DNA of 64,000 nt from an uncultured bacterium (GCA_963729625.1 CAVSOU010000011.1:832001-896000), one strand, 5' to 3'; shown: positions 29,015 through 38,919, counted from the stretch's first letter. The notes: generated from the sequence alone by a model not told the origin. Numbers and translations are program-made.

Positions 29015-31323
29015 CAGGACACCGCGCGCCCGCAGTCGTAGAGCTGCCCGCCGAAGCCCCGACCGCCGAATCCACCAAATCCTCCGAATCCTCGGGGCGC
29101 GCCGCCGGTGTCTGAGCCGAACCCGGGCAGCGGATTCTGCTGAACGCCGTTTGTCTGGCCGGCATTGCCGAAACCGCCGCCTGGAGCGCCGGCAGTGGGG
29201 TCCGTCGGCTGTTGTGACGAGCCGCTGTAGTCACTGGAAGGCACGGCAGTACACGCGCCCTGCACCCACTGGCCAATGTCGTCGTTGCCGCCGACGCCAA
29301 GGAAGTAGCGCACGACATTCTGTCTCACAAGCTGCTGGAGGTCCGCGAGCGTCAGAATCGGATCGCTACCGCCGAAGCCGCCCAGCGACATTACCGGCTT
29401 GCCGGTCTCGATCACGTACGACGCCGCGCTGTTGGAGTCCTGTACCGCCAGCAGGTACGTGGTGCTACCCTGCTGCTTCTCCAGATAGCTCAGCAGCCCG
29501 CTGTTGGCATTCCCGGTGTCGCCGAAGCCAGAACCCCCGCGGCTGCCTCTGCCGGCGCCGCCGAAGCCAAAATCGCTGCCGGCAGAGGGTCCGGCAACTG
29601 GCGTCATGCCCCCTCCGCCCTGCGTCGTCGTATAGACGGACCAGGCGGCAGGCGCGGCGAGCAGAGCCAGCAGGCCCACGGTCGCGGCCAGCGGGGTCCA
29701 GATCCGCACGGCACGGTGCAAGCGTGCCGGGTGGCGAAGCCGTCCGGCGACAAGCACGATCGCGGCGGCGATGGTCGTGGCGACGACAAGCGGGATGAGC
29801 CACCGGCTCCAGTCTGGATATGGCTGCAAAAGGGAAACCTGGGCCGCGGCCGCGATCGGCAGCGCCGCCGGCAACAGCCATCCGCGCCACCCCCGACGGA
29901 TGTAGTCGCGCCACAGCGTTATGCCGCCCACGCCGGCGAGCGCGGCGGCAGCGGGCGCCAGTGTTACCAGGTAGTAGCTATGGAAGAAGCCGGCCACGCT
30001 GAAGAAGGCGCCCGCGGTGAGGAGCCAGGCACCCCAGAGCAGCACGCTCTGCTGCTGCTCGTCCAGGGGCAAGCGGATCCGGCGCCTGCTGGCGGCCGCC
30101 AGGAAACCAATGACCGCCAACGGGAGCAGCCATCCGGCCTGGCCTCCCAGTGACTGGCCGAGCAGGCGGAATGGTCCCGCGGCGCCGTTGTCGAACATGC
30201 CGGCCCCGCCGCCACCGGGGCGTCCATTTCCGCCGTTACCGGAGCGGCTGAAGTCGAAGCTGAAGTCGCGCTGGAAACCGCCCTCGAAGCGAGGAGCAGT
30301 TCCGTCTCCTGCTGACGATTGCCCGCCGATCGAGGCTGCTTCCTGCCGCGACGGCCCGAGGCTGGGCCCGGCACTGGCGCCGGGAATCTGACCCGCGCCG
30401 CCGATTCGATCGGGCCGCTGGAAATTGAATCCCGCGCCGGGACCGCCACGACCACGCACACCGTTCAGGCCAAGGAGGCGGTCGAGTCCGTTGTAGCCGA
30501 GCGCAAGGTCCAGCTCAGAATTGGTGGTTGTGGAGTCTACCCACGGCCGTTGGCTGGCCGGTGTCATATCCACGGCCAGAGCCCAGGAAAGTGATACGGC
30601 TAGCAGCACCACGGCAGCCACGAGCAAATGCCAGATGCGCGTCCACCAGGAACGGTGCGCGCCCAGCAGGTAGGTCACGCCGAAGGCTGGAACTACCAGG
30701 AAGGCCTCCAGCATTTTGACGTTGAAGCCGATGCCCACGAGTAGCGCGCAGAGCAACAGCCATCGCAGGCTGCCCCGCTCTGCCGCCAGAATCGCCGCCC
30801 ATGCGCCGAGGAGCAGGAAGAGCACCAGGATGCTGTCGACGATGTTGCTGCGATTGCTGGCCACCGCGACCGGCGTCACGACCAGCCCCAGGGCCGCCAG
30901 CAAGCCGGCGGCGTGGCCAAAACGCCGATCTACCAGGTAGTAGACCAGCCACACCGACAGCATTCCGGCCAGGGCCGAGGGCAACAGCAGGCTCACGCCG
31001 CTGTAACCGAAGATCTTGGCGCTGATAACCTGGAACCAGAAGCCTACGGGAGGTTTGTCGATAGTGACGAAACCCCCCGGATCGAACGATGCGAAGAAGA
31101 AATTGTGCCAGTTCTGCATCATGCTGCGTACGGCAGCCGCGTAATAGGAGTTGCCGTATCCATAGCGGTCGAGCTGGGCAACATTGAGCCAGGCCGAAAA
31201 CGCCAGAATGGCTGCCAGCACCAGCCGGTACCACGGTATCGTGACCCGGCGCGCACCGGGAACCTCGTCCCCATGCCGGGGAGGGTTCTCCGCGGTGAGA
31301 AGTGTCGTCTCGAGATTGTCCAT
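29014..31323 (-). CDS. GT39/ArnT-PMT family membrane glycosyltransferase (YkcB-like), copy 1
   Basis: NSYYAAAVRSM..NWHNFFFASFDPGGFVTIDKPP, FNVKMLEA, FFHSYY and VMSLGGFGGSDP; its stop codon overlaps the start of copy 2. Confidence 0.92.
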   Translation of the reverse strand: MDNLETTLLTAENPPRHGDEVPGARRVTIPWYRLVLAAILAFSAWLNVAQLDRYGYGNSYYAAAVRSMMQNWHNFFFASFDPGGFVTIDKPPVGFWFQVISAKIFGYSGVSLLLPSALAGMLSVWLVYYLVDRRFGHAAGLLAALGLVVTPVAVASNRSNIVDSILVLFLLLGAWAAILAAERGSLRWLLLCALLVGIGFNVKMLEAFLVVPAFGVTYLLGAHRSWWTRIWHLLVAAVVLLAVSLSWALAVDMTPASQRPWVDSTTTNSELDLALGYNGLDRLLGLNGVRGRGGPGAGFNFQRPDRIGGAGQIPGASAGPSLGPSRQEAASIGGQSSAGDGTAPRFEGGFQRDFSFDFSRSGNGGNGRPGGGGAGMFDNGAAGPFRLLGQSLGGQAGWLLPLAVIGFLAAASRRRIRLPLDEQQQSVLLWGAWLLTAGAFFSVAGFFHSYYLVTLAPAAAALAGVGGITLWRDYIRRGWRGWLLPAALPIAAAAQVSLLQPYPDWSRWLIPLVVATTIAAAIVLVAGRLRHPARLHRAVRIWTPLAATVGLLALLAAPAAWSVYTTTQGGGGMTPVAGPSAGSDFGFGGAGRGSRGGSGFGDTGNANSGLLSYLEKQQGSTTYLLAVQDSNSAASYVIETGKPVMSLGGFGGSDPILTLADLQQLVRQNVVRYFLGVGGNDDIGQWVQGACTAVPSSDYSGSSQQPTDPTAGAPGGGFGNAGQTNGVQQNPLPGFGSDTGGAPRGFGGFGGFGGRGFGGQLYDCGRAVS

Positions 31324-31443
31324 GCTGGTTATCCCCTAGTCATAGAAGCGGCGGGCGGGGCCGTTGGGACGGCCTGCTTCCGCATCAGCGGCTAGTGACG
31401 GCCGGACGCAGACGCGCGTCGGCCGTCACGAATTCCATCTTCC

Positions 31444-31498
31444 AGGCTATGCGAGCGCGATGACGCCCGTGTGATCGGCGAGTGACAACTTCGTGACA
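31444..31498 (-). promoter_or_regulatory. OmpR/PhoB-type direct-repeat array plus -10 element upstream of the GT39 pair
   Basis: On the minus strand TGTCAC-N5-TGTCAC-N5-GATCAC-N5-CGTCAT (exact 11-bp period; plus-strand starts 31493, 31482, 31471, 31460), followed by TAGCCT (31449-31444). Confidence 0.7.
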
Positions 31499-31677
31499 TG
31501 TTGAGCGCGCTCGCCGCCTGACCCGCTACCGCATCATGCAGGCAGCGACGACGATCCGTGCTGGCTTGGCGCCCCCAGCCCGCGGCTGCGGCCTCATGGC
31601 TGCACCGCTACTGCGATGAAGCCCTCTTGTCGGGAGGCGTGTGGTGCCCGGATCTTCGTCCGCCTCCGCCGTGCGCG

Positions 31678-31953
31678 CTACCGCGCGTCATCGCCGAAGC
31701 GGATCTCGCGCAGGAAGGCCCGGTCGTCCGCTGGCCCCATCCCGGCCGGTCGCGGTGCGATCCCGACCACCGAGCGGAGGGAAGGGCCGTCCGTGGCGCG
31801 CGCGGCGGGCAGAACGAGCAGCGAGCCCCGCGTAGTGCGCGCGAACGCGAGCCGATCGCCGGGCCGGATGCCGGCAGCGCGCAAGGTCTCGGCAGGGATC
31901 ACCGCGCCCGTCTCCGAAACGGTCACCTCGGGGAGAAAGCGCTCGTGTTGCAT
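31678..31953 (-). CDS. AbrB/MazE/SpoVT family DNA-binding protein
   Basis: VTVSETGAVIPAETLRAAGIRPGDRLAF...GSLLVLP swapped-hairpin pattern; AGGAGG RBS. Confidence 0.75.
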   Translation of the reverse strand: MQHERFLPEVTVSETGAVIPAETLRAAGIRPGDRLAFARTTRGSLLVLPAARATDGPSLRSVVGIAPRPAGMGPADDRAFLREIRFGDDAR

Positions 31954-32363
31954 GGGATCCTCCTGCTCGCACCGCCAGCCGTGCGCGTCACGTGCGCACC
32001 AGGCTTATATCAAGCGGCCCAGCCCACCGTCGGCATCGGTGTGTAAAGCCATCGCCCCCAGTATAGCGGACACGCGTGCAAGATAGGGCTCTTTATCTCG
32101 CACTGATCTTACGCGAGAAAAGGCCAGTGCAGCTGGTACTTTGCGCAAATTCGTCCACAGAGCCTGATGCTCGCGCTCACCGGTGCGGACCGAGTGCCGC
32201 AAGCTACTGCCGGCGCCAGAGCCGAAGGCACTGATCGCGCCTGTGGCCTTGAGCACTACGCGCTACAACGGAGGACGCAAGCACCTTGCCTTGCGGCGGG
32301 TTCTTGCTGCACGATTCAAGCAATGCACTTGTTACCCATGCAGCATCGTGGAAGGACCCGCAG

Positions 32364-33623
32364 TTGCCTACACGCGTCGTCGTCACTGGACTTGGAGTTG
32401 TCACGCCGCTCGGCTTGACCGTGAGGGGATTTTGGGAGCGCTTGACTCAAGGCGTCTCGGGTGTGCGGCCGATCAGCCGTTTCGATTGCTCCGACCTGCC
32501 GGTCCGGATCGCCGGCGAGGTGCCGGATTTTGATCCGGCAAACTACATGGAGATAAAGCAGGCCCGCCGCATGGAACGTTTCTCCCAGTTTGCCGTCGCC
32601 GCCGCGCGAATGGCTCTGGACGACGCCGGTCTGCGTGTCACTCCCGCCAACGACGGCGAGATCGGCATCGTGATCAATACCGGCGTCGGCGGTATCAGCC
32701 GGCTGGTAGCCGAGGAACGCGTGCGCTTGCAGAAGGGACCTGAACGCGTTAGCCCGCTGCTGGTGCCCGCGCTTGCGCCGAACATGGCGGCGGCACAGCC
32801 GGCGATGTGCCTGGGCATTCATGGGCCTGTCACGAGCGCGACGGGCGCCTGCGCCGCCGGCGCGCTCGCGGTCAACGAGGCGCTGCGCCTGATACAGCGT
32901 GGCGAGGTCCAGACCGTGCTGGCAGGCGGCACCGAGTCGTGTCTGGAGCCGCTGTCGGTCGCCAGCCTCGCCAACATGCACGGGCTCTCCAGACGTAACG
33001 ACGAGCCGGCTCGTGCGTCGCGCCCGTTCGACCGCGACAGGGACGGCTTCGTCTTGAGCGAGGGCGCGGCTGTCCTGGTTCTGGAAGATGCCGGCCATGC
33101 ACTGCGCAGGGGGGCGCGCATGCTTTGCGAAGTGGCTGGAGCCGGGGTTACCTGCGACGCCTATCACATCACCGATCCGTTACCCAGCGGGGAGCAGGTG
33201 GCCATTGCCATGCGAAAAGCCCTGCGTGAGGCGCGTTTGGCCCCGGAAGATGTGGCCTACATCGCCGCGCACGCCACCGCTACGGCGGCGGGCGACGTGG
33301 CGGAGACGCGCGCGATAAGGGTTGCCCTTGGCGAGGCGGCCGGGCGCGTCGCGATCAGCGCCAATAAGTCCATGCTGGGGCACACGTTCGGCGCGGCAGG
33401 CGCGATATCGGCCGTATGCAGCGTTCTTGCCATCGTTTCGGGTGTCATTCCGCCTACGATCAACCTGGAGAACGCCGATCCTTCCTGCGATCTGGACTAT
33501 GTTCCGCACGTCGCGCGGATCCGGCCGGTGCCGGCGGCACTGGCCAATGCTTTCGGATTCGGCGGGCAGAACGCGGTGATCGCCTTCCGTGCCTGGCAGG
33601 AGCACGGCGTGCCGGTAGCGTAG
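32364..33623 (+). CDS. fabF: Beta-ketoacyl-ACP synthase II
   Basis: RVVVTGLGVVTP, GACAAG (Cys), SRPFDRDRDGFV, AHATAT and GHTFG (two His), NAFGFGGQN; TTG start after GAAGGA. Confidence 0.92.
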   Translation: MPTRVVVTGLGVVTPLGLTVRGFWERLTQGVSGVRPISRFDCSDLPVRIAGEVPDFDPANYMEIKQARRMERFSQFAVAAARMALDDAGLRVTPANDGEIGIVINTGVGGISRLVAEERVRLQKGPERVSPLLVPALAPNMAAAQPAMCLGIHGPVTSATGACAAGALAVNEALRLIQRGEVQTVLAGGTESCLEPLSVASLANMHGLSRRNDEPARASRPFDRDRDGFVLSEGAAVLVLEDAGHALRRGARMLCEVAGAGVTCDAYHITDPLPSGEQVAIAMRKALREARLAPEDVAYIAAHATATAAGDVAETRAIRVALGEAAGRVAISANKSMLGHTFGAAGAISAVCSVLAIVSGVIPPTINLENADPSCDLDYVPHVARIRPVPAALANAFGFGGQNAVIAFRAWQEHGVPVA

Positions 33624-33850
33624 AACCTGGCAACTCCAATGAGCGCGTCGGTCCTGAACCGGGGCGCAGGTGCCAGGACGGAGCACACCTGGCAAGAGTG
33701 ATCGTCGGGGCGCGGCCATCTGCCGGGCCGTGGACATCGTGTCCGCCCCGTTTTTGGCAGCGCGTGGCGCCGGGAGCAACGGTGCGGCGCAGTCATTATG
33801 TGGGGACAGGAGGACACAGCGACCGCCTGGCGCCGAGTTGCACGAGCTCG

Positions 33851-34942
33851 CTAGAGGTCAATCCACCTCCGTTCGTCGTCGGAGCGAATGGCCGCATCCA
33901 GGATCTCCTGGCAGCGAAGGCCGTCTTCGAAATCCGGCGACATCGGCCGTCCATCACAGATGGCATCGATCCACGCCACGGTATTTCCTCCCCACGTCGG
34001 AACCGCAGGATCGCAGGCATATACTTCGCGGAACCCATCGCCGCGCCAGCCCGTCATGCTGTCCGCGCGCAGGACCCGAGTGACGCCGGTATCGACCTCC
34101 AGCACCAGCGAGGCCCGATCGCCGTAGAGCTCGACGCGCCTGTAATCGCAGCGGCCACGCGCGATGCGTGAGACGCGCAGCAGCCCATATGCGCCGTTCG
34201 CATAGCGCAGGTGCACGTGCGCCAGGTCGTCGGCATCCACGATGCCCATCTCGCCGTCGCCACGCGGGCGCTCCGGCGTCACGACCGCCAGCTGGGCGCT
34301 AACCGCGGAAACTTCCCCAATGAAGACCCGGCTCAGGTCCAGCATATGCGAGCCGAGATCGCCCAAGACGCCACTTCCACTTTCGGTGCGGCTGTTTCGC
34401 CATGTATATTCGGCGTTCGAATCGCTCAGCCAGTCTTGAAGGTATGTCAGGTGGACTTCGCGAATGCGCCCACACACGCCGGTCTCCAGTTGAGTCTGGA
34501 TATACTGCACGGCGGGATTGGATCGGTTGGAAAAGTTAATCCCGTGCGTGATGCCGGCTCCACGCGCGGCTACGACGAGCGAGTGCGCTTCGGCTGCATC
34601 GAGCGTGAGCGGCTTCTCGCACATCACGTGCAGGCCGCGCGCGACGGCGGCGCGCACCATCGGCGCGTGGAGCCGGTTCGGCGTGCAGATACAAACCGCA
34701 TCGAGCTCCTCAGTCGCAAGCATCTCATCGTAATCCGAGTAGACGGCGTGCACATGATAACGGCCGGCCAGTGAGCGCGCGTGCGTATCGCGCGCGTCGC
34801 ATAGTGCGGCGACCGAGGCGCGGGGCGACGTCGACACTGCGTTCAGCATAGATTCTCCCATGCCCAACCCCACGATAGCTACCCGAAGCTGCCGGCCCGT
34901 CCCTGCGTTTGTCGTGCTATGCGCACTACCCTGGTTTGACAT
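33851..34942 (-). CDS. Gfo/Idh/MocA family oxidoreductase
   Basis: VAIVGLGMG, CTPNRLH, HVMCEKP, GVLGDLGSH and PDFEDG. Confidence 0.94.
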   Translation of the reverse strand: MSNQGSAHSTTNAGTGRQLRVAIVGLGMGESMLNAVSTSPRASVAALCDARDTHARSLAGRYHVHAVYSDYDEMLATEELDAVCICTPNRLHAPMVRAAVARGLHVMCEKPLTLDAAEAHSLVVAARGAGITHGINFSNRSNPAVQYIQTQLETGVCGRIREVHLTYLQDWLSDSNAEYTWRNSRTESGSGVLGDLGSHMLDLSRVFIGEVSAVSAQLAVVTPERPRGDGEMGIVDADDLAHVHLRYANGAYGLLRVSRIARGRCDYRRVELYGDRASLVLEVDTGVTRVLRADSMTGWRGDGFREVYACDPAVPTWGGNTVAWIDAICDGRPMSPDFEDGLRCQEILDAAIRSDDERRWIDL

Positions 34943-35199
34943 TTGTGTGCCCTTCGATAATTACCCAGCCTGATGGCGCGCCGTTCCGCGCCCAGATCAG
35001 GGTATCAGCCGTCGCCTGCTGCAGCGGGATCGTGGCACGCTGGAAACGCCACATGTCCTTCTGTCCTATCCGAACGTGCCATTGCTCAGCCTGAAGGAAT
35101 CTCCCTATGATGAGACCGGTTGACGATGGCCTGGCTCCAGAGTCGCGTGCGCGACACGACGACGCGGTCAAAGATGATGACGAGACGAGGGCATTGGGC

Positions 35200-35601
35200 A
35201 TGAGCGTGTCGAACATTAACAACGTCCTGTCCAGCGGCGCGCCGAAGAGCGTAGAAAAGGCGTCCGCTGCCTCGCCGCAGGGCGCGCGACGCACTTCGGA
35301 AGATGTACGGGCCACACAAACGACGGCAAGTCCGGCCTCACGCGTCTCGATCTCCGGCGCCGCCAGGGACCGCATCGCCGCCGAGCACGCCTCGATCGCG
35401 ACCACGAGTTCCAGTGCGCAACCATTCAGTACGCATGCCGCGTCAAGCGCCGTCAAGTTCCTCTCGTCGTTGTACGGCGCCTCCAACACCTCTGCCTCAA
35501 CGTCGGCGGTCGACCACAGGACGCAGCTACAGGCCGGGCTTGGTGCGCTTCAACGCACCAGTCAGGCCAACGAGGCGGTGCTGAACCACTTCCAGAGCTA
35601 A
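35200..35601 (+). CDS. Ser/Ala-rich hypothetical protein
   Basis: GAGG RBS and coding bias; contains SRVSISGAA and an amphipathic C-terminal helix. Confidence 0.6.
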   Translation: MSVSNINNVLSSGAPKSVEKASAASPQGARRTSEDVRATQTTASPASRVSISGAARDRIAAEHASIATTSSSAQPFSTHAASSAVKFLSSLYGASNTSASTSAVDHRTQLQAGLGALQRTSQANEAVLNHFQS

Positions 35602-35774
35602 TGCCTTGCTCGCGCCCGCGTACCCACCTCGAAGCCCTGGTATAGTAGTCATTGCGTCGCCCCCATGAGCACCTCGGACGGCGGCCGCGGCCGCGCATGA
35701 CGCTCCGCGCCGGATTTGGGCTGCTTTGGGCGACGACTGTGTACGCTGCCAAGCCAGGCAATTGGAGGGTTCCC

Positions 35775-37403
35775 ATGAGTACCGCAGGAGCCGCCAACCC
35801 GCCCATCCCGGTCAACGAGCCAACACGGGCATATGCTTCCGGGTCGCCCGAGCGCGCCTCCCTCGAGCAGTGCCTCACACGCATGTGCGGTGAGCGAATC
35901 GAGATTCCGTTGGTCGTCGGGGGCAACGATGTGCGCACGGGGAATCTCCGTCCTGCCATCATGCCCCACCAAAAGGACCATGTCCTGGCCGACGTACATC
36001 AAGGCGGGCAGCGAGAGATCCAGCTGGCCGTCGACGCCGCGGCACGAGCCTGGCCGGACTGGGCCGCCACCGCCTGGCAGGACCGAGCGGCGATCTTCCT
36101 GCGCGCCGCCGACCTCCTTGCCGGCTCATGGCGCGACCGGCTGAACGCGGCTACCATGCTTGGCCAATCGAAGACCGTCCATCAAGCCGAAATCGACGCC
36201 GCCTGTGAGCTCTGCGACTTCTGGCGCTTCAACGTCGCATATATGGCGCGCATCTACGCCGAACAGCCATTCTCCCCGTCCGGAACGTGGAATCGACTCG
36301 ATTACCGTCCTCTGGAAGGTTTTGTCTTCGCCATCACGCCGTTTAACTTCACGTCCATCGCGGGCAATCTGCCAGCAAGCCCTGCCATGCTCGGCAATAC
36401 CGTCGTCTGGAAGCCGGCTTCAACCGCCGCCTACTCCGCCCACGTCATCATGCGCCTGCTGCAGGAAGCAGGATTGCCGGACGGCGTGATCAACCTCGTC
36501 TATGGGCCCGGATCGCAGATCGGCGACGCGGCGCTGCGGCACCCCGGCCTCGCGGGCATTCACTTCACGGGCTCGACGGCGGTTTTTCAAAGTATGTGGC
36601 GGACCATTGGCAGCAGCATCGCGTCGTACCGCAACTATCCCCGCATCGTGGGTGAGACCGGGGGCAAAGACTTTATCGTCGCCCATCGGTCCGCCGACGT
36701 CGACGCCCTGGCCACCGCGGTCATTCGCGGCGCTTTCGAGTATCAGGGCCAGAAGTGCTCGGCTGCCTCGAGGCTCTACGTTCCATCCAACCTCTGGCCC
36801 AGGCTGAGAGCGCGACTGGTCGACGAGATCGCCACAATTCCCATGGGTCCCCCCACCGATCTCCGCAACTTCATGTGCGCGGTGATCGACGGCGCTGCGT
36901 TCGCCACGCACCGGAAAGCCATAGAGGAGGCGCGGAGCGACCCCCAGGCCGAGATACTCGTGGGCGGAGGCACCGACGACTCAGTCGGCTACTTCGTGCA
37001 GCCGACCGTGATCGTCACGCGCGATCCCGACTATCGGCTGCTGCGCGAGGAGCTGTTCGGGCCGATCATCACGACTTATATCTATCCTGAGGGCGAGTAC
37101 GAAGAGACGTTGAAGCTGATCGATCGCAGCAGCCCATATGCGCTCACGGGAGCCGTGTTCAGCCAGGATCGCAAGGCGATTGTCCAGGCAATGGGTGCGC
37201 TCCGGCACGCCGCCGGCAACTTCTACGTGAACGATAAACCGACAGGAGCGGTTGTCGGGCAGCAGCCATTTGGCGGCGCGCGTGCCTCGGGCACCAATGA
37301 CAAGGCCGGGTCGATGTGGAATCTGATCCGCTGGACCAGCCCGCGCGCGATTAAGGAGACCTTCGAGCCTCCGCGCGACTACCGATACCCGTACATGCGC
37401 TAA
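35775..37403 (+). CDS. pruA: L-glutamate gamma-semialdehyde (P5C) dehydrogenase
   Basis: QSKTVHQAEID, PFNFTSI, FTGST, GETGGKDF, FEYQGQKCSA, EELFGP and QQPFGGARASGTNDKAG. Confidence 0.96.
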   Translation: MSTAGAANPPIPVNEPTRAYASGSPERASLEQCLTRMCGERIEIPLVVGGNDVRTGNLRPAIMPHQKDHVLADVHQGGQREIQLAVDAAARAWPDWAATAWQDRAAIFLRAADLLAGSWRDRLNAATMLGQSKTVHQAEIDAACELCDFWRFNVAYMARIYAEQPFSPSGTWNRLDYRPLEGFVFAITPFNFTSIAGNLPASPAMLGNTVVWKPASTAAYSAHVIMRLLQEAGLPDGVINLVYGPGSQIGDAALRHPGLAGIHFTGSTAVFQSMWRTIGSSIASYRNYPRIVGETGGKDFIVAHRSADVDALATAVIRGAFEYQGQKCSAASRLYVPSNLWPRLRARLVDEIATIPMGPPTDLRNFMCAVIDGAAFATHRKAIEEARSDPQAEILVGGGTDDSVGYFVQPTVIVTRDPDYRLLREELFGPIITTYIYPEGEYEETLKLIDRSSPYALTGAVFSQDRKAIVQAMGALRHAAGNFYVNDKPTGAVVGQQPFGGARASGTNDKAGSMWNLIRWTSPRAIKETFEPPRDYRYPYMR

Positions 37404-37639
37404 GCGCTGCTGCCAGTCTACGTATCCTGGTCAGTAGACCGGCAGCAATCGCGCATCGGTGTCGATCGCCCACGCACCCCGGGGGACTCGCTCCACCGAG
37501 GACGCACACGCCGACCTGAAGGTGAAGGAAGTGTGGGTTGACGTCGCCAGCCGGCACTCCCTAATAGGCGGTCGCAGCGACATTCATCCCACACTTCAGA
37601 GTGCCTGAGATTCTTGTAGGGCGAATGACCATGCCTCGC

Positions 37640-38677
37640 TTAGCCCACCCGGCTCCAGTTGGCACCGCCATCGTGGCTGACCAGGAAGTCTCGTCCCGCC
37701 ATAAAGCAGGTATGGACGGTCGGACAGCTCACCGCCACGGTGAGCATCTCGCCGTAGAGCGCGCCGGCTACTGCCGCCGCGGCCGGACCGGCCCAGGTCG
37801 CCCCGCCATCCGTGCTCAGCACCAGCGCCCAGGTGCCCGGCGTGACGCCGGGCGTGGCCACGTAGAAGCCGAGGGCCACACAGCGCGCCGTCGACGGACA
37901 GCTCACACTGCGCAAGGCGGCATCCACGTTCGCGCGCCCCGCACGCCAGCTGGTGCCGCCGTCCCGGCTCGCCAGGAGTGTGCCGTGTTGGCCGACTGCG
38001 ACACATGCTGCTACGCTCGCGCAGCTCACGCCAAACAGACTATTGGTGCTGCCGGACGACCGCCTGGCCCACGTCGCGCCCCCGTCCGCCGTTGTGAGCA
38101 CCCTCGCTTCGGAGCCGGCGGCAGCGTCACCCACGACCACGCATCGCTGCTTCTCGGCGCAGCTCACGGCGCGCAGATCGCGTTGGGTCCCCGACCGACG
38201 CGCCGCCCACGTCTCGCCGGCGTCAGCACTGGTCACGATGGTGCCCAGCGCACCCACTGCGACGCACGTCGTCGGGGATCCGCAGCTGATGCTGTTGAGT
38301 CGCGCTGTCACATGCGACGTGCGAGCCGCCCACGTCGCGCCGCCGCTCGAGATCAGGATGCTACCCTTGTCCCCCACGGCCACACAGAAGCGCGCACTCG
38401 CGCAGGCAACACCGGCCAGCGCCGTGCCCGCTGGCGCCCGCGTCGTCGTCCAGTGCGCGCCCGCGCTGCTGGTCAGGGCAATGGCGCCGTCCCCGGTCAC
38501 TGCGACGCAGGACGTGGCAGTGGGACACGACAAGGCAGCGATGTGGTTAGCTGCAGCTGCCTGCACCGTACCGCGCAGCGGACGCGCCCATACCGGAACA
38601 GCCAGGATCAGGACGCCTGCTAGAATCAGCCGTACCGGTGCTGTCTGCTGCTGCGGACGGATTGCCGGTCGAGCCAC
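37640..38677 (-). CDS. Secreted BNR/YCF48-like seven-repeat beta-propeller protein
   Basis: Signal peptide plus 7 repeats of V.C....C.AVG..G.I..S.DGG.TW; paralogue of 18434-19726. Confidence 0.85.
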   Translation of the reverse strand: MARPAIRPQQQTAPVRLILAGVLILAVPVWARPLRGTVQAAAANHIAALSCPTATSCVAVTGDGAIALTSSAGAHWTTTRAPAGTALAGVACASARFCVAVGDKGSILISSGGATWAARTSHVTARLNSISCGSPTTCVAVGALGTIVTSADAGETWAARRSGTQRDLRAVSCAEKQRCVVVGDAAAGSEARVLTTADGGATWARRSSGSTNSLFGVSCASVAACVAVGQHGTLLASRDGGTSWRAGRANVDAALRSVSCPSTARCVALGFYVATPGVTPGTWALVLSTDGGATWAGPAAAAVAGALYGEMLTVAVSCPTVHTCFMAGRDFLVSHDGGANWSRVG

Positions 38678-38919
38678 GTGACACTCCCTTCATGCACTGC
38701 ACGCGACCACTGCAAGTCGGAGTCTACCCGCGGAATGCTGCTCGCACCCATTATAGAGCTTCCTGCAGGAGTCACGAGCCTCGGGGCCTAACCAAAGGCT
38801 TGGCGCGATCGTGACGCCGCGATCACGCGGGCGGAGGCATACATCGTCCACCATGCTCATTGTCGCTCATGGTAAACTCTCCGACGACGGCACCTGCCCG
38901 GCGTGAACGGACGTGACTG

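Noticed and set aside
38690-38919. SOS box or c-di-GMP riboswitch upstream of the DUF488-RecQ operon
   Set aside because: No GAAC-N4-GTTC is present, and there is only a partial GCCTCGGGGCCTAA resemblance without the first riboswitch stem.
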